Below are positions 55,355-64,000 of a stretch of DNA of 64,000 bases, in pieces (position 1 is the stretch's first letter; each line of letters opens with the position of its first letter). The notes under the pieces were generated by a model. That model did not search any database. It saw nothing but the letters and a program-made list of their open reading frames with translations, and was not told the origin of the DNA. Origin of the DNA: Tubulanus polymorphus (Eukaryota; Animalia; Nemertea); assembly GCF_964204645.1 (NCBI RefSeq), contig NC_134028.1, forward strand, positions 26,780,345 to 26,844,344, in the 5' to 3' direction. The translations under genes were made by a program, and so were the position numbers.

Positions 55355-57111
55355 AAAATTTAATTCTATCATTTTAATGTGTAATATTGTATAAGTGTAT
55401 ATTTGTCTATTGTTTTATATTTGTATCACTGTTATCTGTATGTGTTTTGAGGGGTTAACAGTCCAACCCCTCTAGCTCTACATGTGTTAACGTTTATGTA
55501 GTTTCTATTATGTAGAAAAAAGTTGTCAAGTTCAAATCGTCAATTCCTCATCCTACCAAAGTCACGCTTAACCCACAAAATCGTGGAAGCTTCGTTTTAA
55601 GGGGAGGGGTGAGGGTGGGGGCGTTGGATAATTGTGAAATATATTCAAAATACCTAAGAATTAACGGTTGAAATTATGTTTTAATTGGGGGGTCAAATAA
55701 CTAGTTAGAACATAAATTCTATTAATTCTATTTATCTACAAGAACTATTAGACATGTCATACAAGTCGCACCTGAATTTTTTCAAGCCACTCTGTCATCA
55801 TCATTCAACTTCGGGTTCGATCTTCTGTGGCCCGGGGGGTCTTTTTCTTCTCACTGAAATCATGGACGTATCAACTCTAGTTGATAAGTCCACGCTGAAA
55901 TATGTCCTACCTTATTCAATTCGGACCGCTCTTTTTTTCATCAGTAGGCGAGTCTGTTGAATCTTCCATGAAGCTGTTACGGTACCGGTACCTGTAAATT
56001 AAACCTAACCTAACCCTAACCTAAAGTGCAACTATTTTTTCCTAAATCTAAATCTATAAAACATAATTTCGACCGCTAATGTTAAATAAATGTTCCACCT
56101 ACCTTACAGCAACCTTGTAACGCGGATAAGCAGCAATTTGAAAATGTAATCCTTTTATTTAAGAGTCAATTTAAAGTCATTTTTAAATTCCGTGTCCTGT
56201 TGCCAAAATCCAGTTGTATTGATAACAAATAGTTTATCAGCTGAGCTGCGTTTGTTACAATCTAATGAAAATTCTCTTTTTCTAAAACGTGTCCTATCTA
56301 AGCAATATCCAGCGACAGAGACTTCTTCGCCGTATAGAATTTCCAAGTATAATGACAACTTGTAGGAGTGCCCACCAGTTTTTAACCGACCCCCTTAAAA
56401 TTCGTAGCCGGTGATTGGTTGCATCACCGATAACAAAAGTTTCGGTGAATGATTTCAAAAGGTATTGCAGGTAGGTCACTGGCCATTCTTGAATTGCGGC
56501 CAATGGCATCTTTTCTTTTGAAGTTTGTAAATGCTTCGAAGTTTGAAAACGCTGAGGTTATGAGGCGCTGATCGGCGATTATCCGGCCGGTTGGTCTAGG
56601 CGTCGACATGAAGCCTTAGGCAGGAATGAAGGAAGTTTAGTAAGTGCAGGGAAGTGTGATGAGACTTCCCTGGTAAGTGTAAGGAAAAAAGTGTATTGAG
56701 TGTTAGAAAGTATTTTCACCCTCACACAAAGCCTGATGGCTAGCGGGGCGGATGATCGGTTAAAAATATGCACGCCAAATTCAGACAAATTATGACAAAT
56801 CTGTTAGTTTTAGTTACTAAACTGCTGCACCCCGTATATAGATACTGCAATAAAGTTTAAAGTTTCACTCTTCATAACTGCTGTATTATCAAAATATATA
56901 AACTAGTTTCTTATGTATAAGTATATTATGTAAAGATTTCAATATAATAATTTGTCTCTCTTCGTGACAATCTGAGGCTGTCATACTGCTGATCCCTACC
57001 AGTATTTGTAAATAAATAATTAATTTTGTATTATATTTTCTTTGACAAATTGTGTGGAAGCCCAGGATCGGACTTATGAGTGGTGCTGAAGTCTGATGGC
57101 AGCAGAGAGCA

Positions 57112-57295
57112 TAGGCGTCGCCAGGTTCGGGGGGTGCAAACAAACCCCCTTTTTCGGCTAGGTTTCTTCATTTTTTACTATATAAAAACTCGTGTTTTTT
57201 TCCACAAGGTAATCACTCAAGGTGGCGGGAAAACGCTTTAAATCGCTCCTAATTTTCAAAATTTTCTTGGGAGTGGACCCCCAAACCCCCTAAAA
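57112..57295. mobile_element. Probable fragment of a non-autonomous DNA transposon
   Basis: AGGCGTCGCCAGG..GGGGGGTGCA start and AATTTTCAAAATTTTCTTGGGAGTGGACCCCCAAACCCCCT resemble common invertebrate repeats. Recognised by pattern only; no TSD found. Confidence 0.35.
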
Positions 57296-57351
57296 TTCGC
57301 CGTCACAATATATCTAATCAAGAGATGTGACGTACGGTGTTGACGTCATAG

Positions 57352-58010
57352 TCCCTCCCCTCTCCCCTACACCTCCCTCCCCTCTCACTCCCCTCTCCCC
57401 CTACACCTCCCTCCCCTTTCACTCCCCTCTCACTCTACATCTCTCCCCCTACACCTCCCTCCCCTCTCACTCTACATCTCTCCCTCTACACCTCCCTCCC
57501 CTCTCACTCCCCTCTCACTCTACACCTCCCTCCCCTCTCACTCCCCTCTCCCCCTACACCTCCCTCCCCTCTCACTCCCCTCTCACTCTACATCTCTCCC
57601 TCTACACCTCCCTCCCCTTTCACTCCCCTCTCACTCTACATCTCTCCCTCTACACCTCCCTCCCCTCTCACTCCCCTCTCACTCTACACCTCCCTCCCCT
57701 CTCACTCCCCTCTCCCCCTACACCTCCCTCCCCTCTCACTCCCCTCTCACTCTACATCTCTCCCTCTACACCTCCCTCCCCTTTCACTCCCCTCTCACTC
57801 TACATCTCTCCCTCTACACCTCCCTCCCCTCTCACTCCCCTCTCACTCTACACCTCCCTCCCCTCTCACTCCCCTCTCCCCCTACACCTCCCTCCCCTCT
57901 CACTCCCCTCTCACTCTACATCTCTCCCTCTACACCTCCCTCCCCTTTCACTCCCCTCTCACTCTACATCTCTCCCTCTACACCTCCCTTTACTCTTCCT
58001 CTACATCTCC
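57352..58010. repeat. About 650-bp pyrimidine-rich compound minisatellite
   Basis: Shuffled modules CTACACCTCCCTCCCCTCTCACTCCCCTCT and CTACATCTCTCC; essentially no G on the + strand. Confidence 0.95.
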
Positions 58011-60756
58011 GTCTCTCCCTGTCCCTCTCCCGCCCATGTGTACATCTATATATATACGTCTAATGATGAATTGGAGTTTAGTCTGACGATAAGATAAAAG
58101 CAATTCTTTCATGGGGGTCTGGGAACGTCGTCTGCCGCAGAGATAAACTACTGCCGCGTGATGTGCATTATTTCGAACGTTTGTTCAAGTGACATTTAAT
58201 ATCATCGTTTATTTCCTGATAGAAGAAATAAGAAATAATCTGTCGCGCTCGTATTTTATATAAAACAAATGCCTCGAGAGATAAAAACCGCACATAATAA
58301 AACATCAAAACGGATCGAAGACGTTCGCTTCATTGAACATATTTCAAGCTGATAAAACTGAATCTTGACTCGCTGAGGAAATAGATTTCTGTATATACGC
58401 GCAGTGGTGGTTCACAGCTGATTTAGCCCTGGGGTAGAAACGTCTCGATATTTAGCGCCAGCGCGACCAGAAGGTTGTTGTTCTTCGATTGAACTTTTAT
58501 TAACCCGACAGTGATCATTATAAATCATACAAATATGACAAGCCTGATGTTTGAAATGATCAATTATAGTCTGTGTATAATACGCCTCTAGGGTGATTCA
58601 ACGTCAATTCACAGTGTGACGAATCTCATAAAATTTGATATCATGAACTCGATAGGAATCTACCATCACACAATGAGATGATACTCTTTCATATCAGGAC
58701 TGTGCTGTCCTGAAATACCGTGGTTTGATTGCTTGTACGTATCTTTCGTGCTAGAAATTAATGGATATCGTGGAAAAACATTTTAAGTTAAGTTGCTTAC
58801 AACGTATATCACTGATAATAAGATAGAAATCAATTTTCAAACGTTCTTCACTTCAAAAGCGTTCAAGTATTCAGAATAATGAATATTTTAAGTCATTTAT
58901 CACAGGAAGAATTACTTCACGCGAGAAGTCTCTCTCTCTCTCTTTCTCTGCCGTTTCTATCTTTTCCATCCCATGTTCTTTCTTCTCCTTCTAACGACAT
59001 TTTCAGAATTATTCATCGACGTCTTTGAAGAAACGTCGAAAAGCCGTCAAGAAAAGCTTACCGCGAAACAATGCCCTTGACCTGGAGTCAATAGCGACAT
59101 TTAGAATTTAATTGATTTAGAAATGGAAACTGATTTGCATAATCTCTCTGACGATGTTAGCTGCAGGGATTATTTTTATTCAGTCCTCCCGCGTTGATAT
59201 AATTGCGTCTTTATCAAGGGAACCGGTCAAGGCTTCTTCGAGTTCTAAATTGGCTGAAGCTTCGTAAATCAATGTTATGACACTTCGATAGCAGTTGGTC
59301 GACAAAATTTCATCTCTCGCAAATTTCCAGACAAACATATCGATCTGTAAAATACATCATAAGACATTAATCTGAGCGGCTATTTCAACGCGACAACAAA
59401 ACGTCAGAACGAACAGCGCGAAATAAAGCGACGCAGAAATTACTTTTTTTGATATATCGTATGCGATATATTAATCACGCGATCGCCATTGTCAAGCTGA
59501 ATAGAAATTGGATTTATTGGAGGTCAACTGTACCATCGCCATGTCGATACTATATCAATGAACATGTCCGATTGGGTATGGATCGCTCAGGGTGTGATAT
59601 GTCGGTATTTCTATTCAACTGGACAGGCACGTAAAGAATTTCCAATAAAAATGCGAAATTATTTATAATGAAATATACCACGTTCGAACTAGGTATCTGA
59701 TGCGAGCTACGGTGTTCAATCCGTATTGAAATTCGAATCGGTAAAATGAGAATAAAAAACAAACAAACAAACAAAAAATAAAGAGGTGTCTCCTTGAATC
59801 CTTGAATGCAGGAAGCTGAGGAAAGATAACATGTAACAAACAGTCGAAATGCTAAGAGTGAAATATCACACGTTAATTGAAGACTAACACTTCAAACATG
59901 AAAACATTTCTTATTAGTAGACGTGAAATACACAGAGACATGATTCATGTGTCGTGTGCGATTACTTGCGTCGAAAAACGAGGAACGTGGTTTTGAGAAT
60001 AATGTTTCCAAGTTGTTTGATTCCATGTTTCCTTGTTTCCCAGCGATTTACCCATGAATATAACCACAATCATGACGTAATGTCCCTCAATATCCTGTAA
60101 TGTCCAACTATATATTTCAGACGGTTTTTAGTGACGTCATACCTATGATTACTGTCAGTAAACGCCTGGACACAATCTACAGGTTTCATTTCATAGATTC
60201 ACCTTTCAAATTCTTTTTTGTTCACGGCTTAGTGCAACATTTCATGTTTCTATTCAATAAACTCGTAAAGATGGTTAATTTCGACTCGCGTATGAATCGA
60301 TATTGATTTGTAAACGCGTAGGCGCTGCTGTTTGTTCACTTGCTTGTAAAAACATATTTATCTTTTATTAAAAAGTCGATGCCAATTAACGACACGCACC
60401 AGACAGACGAAACGCAGCGGATTGAGGCGAGCTGATCCCCATCTTTCAATTTCTGCAGATTATTCTTGACTTCCGGTTTATTCTAACTTCCGGTGGGCTT
60501 TTATGTGCTTCGGATGACTTTGTAGTGCGTACGGTGGTAGTCGGTAGCGGCAGCGTCAATTAGCAGTCACCAACTCTCTCTCTCTTTCACTCGCTCTTTT
60601 GAAAACGAAAGATCTCTTTCGGACTATTGATAAAACACGACGCTCTTGCAAAAATCAGTCACTTACTCGGAATGTTAAATACCTAAATGTCATTTCCCAT
60701 TACATACGCTTTTATCATCGGTCCCGAGTGAGTTTATAAATACCCAGTACCGAATA

Positions 60757-60934
60757 CAGTGGAACCTCGATACAACGAGCTTCACGGGACCAGAAAATCT
60801 TTTTTTTAAATAACCGATAGTTCGTTATATCCAGTATGAAATAAATCACATATTTTCTTACTTGGGATGAAATTCTATATTTGTTATATCCGATGAATCG
60901 TTGTATCTGAGTTCGTTATAACGAGGTTCCACTG
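60757..60934. mobile_element. Tc1/mariner (pogo/Tigger-like) MITE, 178 bp
   Basis: TIRs CAGTGGAACCTCGATACAACGA ... TCGTTATAACGAGGTTCCACTG, flanked by TA on both sides (60755-56, 60935-36). Confidence 0.85.
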
Positions 60935-61140
60935 TACCAGGACACAGTTCCTGGGTGAACGTGAATCATAAGTTGAAATCAATTTATTTCGTAGGTTTTT
61001 AACTCTATAGTCAAAAAGTATCCGCAAAAACTGCGGAAAACCAGGTTTGGTGTGTATAACTGAGAAACATGAGCGACGTTTGCTTTAGAGATGGAAATGA
61101 ACGAATCTTTCGGGATAATCGCAATTAGTCGCAAATAATA

Positions 61141-61455
61141 GTCGTATGATAACCTGTCGTATGATAACCCGTCGTATGATAACTCGTCGTATGATAACCT
61201 GTCGTATGAAAACTCGTCGTATGATAACCCGTCGTATGATAACCCGTCGTATGATAACTCGTCGTATGATAACCCGTCGTATGATAACCCGTCGTATGAT
61301 AACTCGTCGTATGATAACCTGTCGTATGATAACTCGTCGTATGATAACCCGTCGTATGATAACCTGTCGTATGATAACCCGTCGTATGATAACTCGTCGT
61401 ATGATAACCTGTCGTATGATAACCCGTCGTATGATAACCCGTCGTATGATAACCC
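61141..61455. repeat. Minisatellite, 15-bp unit GTCGTATGATAA(CCC/CTC/CCT), 21 copies
   Basis: 315 bp equals 21 units with no indels. Confidence 0.97.
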
Positions 61456-62596
61456 CAAACGACTGGATTTGATGAAAATTAATCAAACCCCAAAGTCACC
61501 TACGAGGCAAAAATGAAAAATTCGATAATCAACGACGATGTTTTGGATTTTTACGCCTTTTTTCTTGTGTAATACTAGAACTACCGTCTGTCGATTGGTT
61601 CAGAATCGTTAGTAGTCATTAATTATGTATAATCATCTCCTGCATGTCTCATTGTTTTAGAGTGTTTGAGTTGTCCATTTATCACATGTTCGAGCTTGGT
61701 GCATACAAATATAACAATCGTCTCGAAAAAAATGAAGATTTAAGAAGTTATAGAGAATTGAGTGTGCAGTTGAGATGAGTTGTAATTTCAACTGTGAAAA
61801 TGAATACCGTCTTTAAATTGAAGAGGAATCGTTGCAGTTTTTACATCTCGTACCTCTGAGCTTCGTTCTCCCAGCGCCTTTAAAACGTATTCAAATTTTT
61901 GATAATGCGGATAGATTTTGCTTTTAGTATTTCTACTAAGTTGGTTCGTCTACTCTACATGATTTTGCTTTTAGCACGTCTCGCCTCCTGTTGATAATGC
62001 TTCGATTTATTTTAATTCGCGTTGAAATGTGACGCAACCTTTCCTTTTTTAGCAAATGCAGGACACGAGTCGAGTTCAAGGCATATTATGTTTTCTCGGT
62101 TTTTGAAATTGCGTTGAAAAAACGGAAACGTGTTTTCTTATAACGAACCTGAATCGTGGTAAAATGAACATCTGCGACCGTGTTGCTTTTTTTCTACGTA
62201 ATTCTTCAGAAATCGATCTCGAGTAAACGGGGTAAGTTTTATTTACGAAAGTCAATCAGAAAATGACAGTTTGTATTCTATCTGTCTCCAGGGATTGGAT
62301 CATGGTTACGTTGTTCGTATACACGATTTCCCTCCTTCAATAAGTGTTTTACAAACCCATGAGATCTTCCGCAATCATCCTCTCCATGGATATCGTGGAA
62401 CCTCTTTATTATGTATTCAGATCTCTACGGTTCATTGTGCTTTATTTCCTCGGTAAACAAGAGAATGACTCCCGTGAAAGTGTTCTCAATTAGAGGAATA
62501 TCGTCATTAGTCCGCTGTATACTTCACAACTAATGAGTTACCGTTCGACTATAGTTTGTAACAGGAAATCTTACGACTGCGCGGTATATACAACCA

Positions 62597-62645
62597 CAAC
62601 AACAACAACAACAACAACAACAAACAACAACAACAACAACAACAA
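62597..62645. repeat. (CAA)n microsatellite
   Basis: Seen directly. Confidence 0.95.
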
Positions 62646-63745
62646 AATTGAATTTCGAACATTTCACATATGCTGAATTAGTGATTACTATTCTGAAACA
62701 GGGATTTATACTGTTTGTTACACTGACCGAATTCAGACAGATGCATATATCCCACAATAGTCTGCCTTTTCAAAAATCTAGAATATAAAAAAGATGCCAT
62801 AAGATTTGATGGGTGGACCCCTAATCCTTCGAGGCCCCTCCCCCAATCTTAGGGGCTCCTTACGTAACTATACATATATAATGCAGACCGGCTGGTCGAG
62901 TGTGTGATGTCGCTTTGAACATATTATTGTCTCTTCTTGGATCTTTATATAGTATTTCAGTAAAATTGTGTAATGGATACTTAACAGCGCCTTCTGGATG
63001 CGCTAGACTTGATCCATTACAAGATTATCGGTCAACAGGAACATTTTCTGTGAAAAATACTCACGTGTCTTCATACAGTATCCTAAAACAAGATTTATAA
63101 AAGTGTTGTTTTAATGTGTTTGCAATTTTCTTCTATTTCGGAATCCAATGAAAATAATGAAACATTTATTTTCTTGTAAATACTTTCACATAATGCTGGG
63201 ATAATAATAATTCATTATTTCTGACATTCTCTGACGAATCCGATCATCTCCACCACGACACCGCTTCTACTAGGTTAAGGACAGAGCCCTAGGGCTTCTG
63301 GTATATAATTGAGCAGGTAGGCTACTCGGTCGCAGCATTCTGTGTCTAGGTTGTTTCTTCTTTCAATCGCGGGATGAAAAAAGGCTCCAACAACATACAA
63401 TAATTAACCTTATCAACGGTGGCCATCTTCCGGCGTCCGTCGAGGCAGACAATCATCTATAATACCCGTTACACATCAAACATCTACTGGTGGTCATCGG
63501 TACACACGATAAACTCCTTAATAACAACTCTCACTCGCAGGAATAAACACTTCTTCACTAGAGACCGGTAAACAGTTCAGTTGCGAGAAGACATACGTAC
63601 GTTTATTCGCTTTGATCAGTGTTTTTCTCTTTGTCTGTGACGCGCGAGACACTACTGCACTGCCAGTTCTTTTTAGGTTTCGCACGAAGTGGCCATGTAT
63701 AAGGGGTTATGTGCATGGCTGTCTGTAAGCGTTAGATCGCCTCTA

Positions 63746-63820
63746 AAGCCCAACGCACACGAAATAACGCAGGGAAACGCAGAAACGCGTTTCCGAGCGT
63801 GTCCCCGCGTCGTGTGCGTC
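63746..63820. mobile_element. Second member of the AAGCCCAACGCACACGA hairpin family
   Basis: AAGCCCAACGCACACGA...GCAGGGAAAC ... TCGTGTGCGT; the left end is the exact reverse complement of 5650-5666. Confidence 0.6.
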
Positions 63821-64000
63821 TACGAGAATCTACAATGATCGCATCGGGAAACAATGTTTCCCGGATCAGAATATTTGATTGTTTGTTTGTTTTTTTTGTT
63901 ATGTTTATCTGCGTTGCGCGCAAGGGCAGCTAGCACGAGGCCTCCCCTTAGCGAGGACAAGTGGCTAACGGGAGGCCACCTATAAACTCCTCGTGAGACC

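Noticed and set aside
56001-56024. CCTAACCCTAACC telomere-like repeat
   Set aside because: Only about 4 degenerate units; too short to call an interstitial telomere.
57327-58097. 256-aa Pro/Ser/Leu-rich ORF
   Set aside because: Low-complexity repeat that cannot form stop codons; non-ATG start.
60979-61486. LSYD, VIIRR and MITRR repeat ORFs
   Set aside because: Alternative frames of a 15-bp minisatellite.

Overview
Eukaryotic, AT-rich, CpG-rich, gene-poor window from an invertebrate animal (probably a lophotrochozoan; inferred from the receptor types). Two protein-coding genes are supported, both rhodopsin-family (class A) GPCRs lying tail to tail about 8 kb apart. (1) A luqin/RYamide-receptor-like gene on + with two coding exons (17617-18381 and 30812-31336, 429 aa) split by a 12,430-bp phase-0 intron, plus an intron in the 5' UTR. 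(2) An intronless, divergent FMRFamide-receptor/Srw-like orphan GPCR on - (39428-40441, 337 aa). The rest is non-coding and dense with small repeats: several MITE families (Tc1/pogo-like, PIF/Harbinger-like, one IS3EU-like), a tRNA-derived SINE-like family and many unrelated minisatellites. I found no convincing new biological system. The best leads are the divergent orphan GPCR, the IS3EU-like element, a B-box plus hammerhead-core-like relic, an excess of perfect CRE palindromes, and an unexplained module at 54.9-57.0 kb. Most short ORFs in the track are repeat artefacts or chance.
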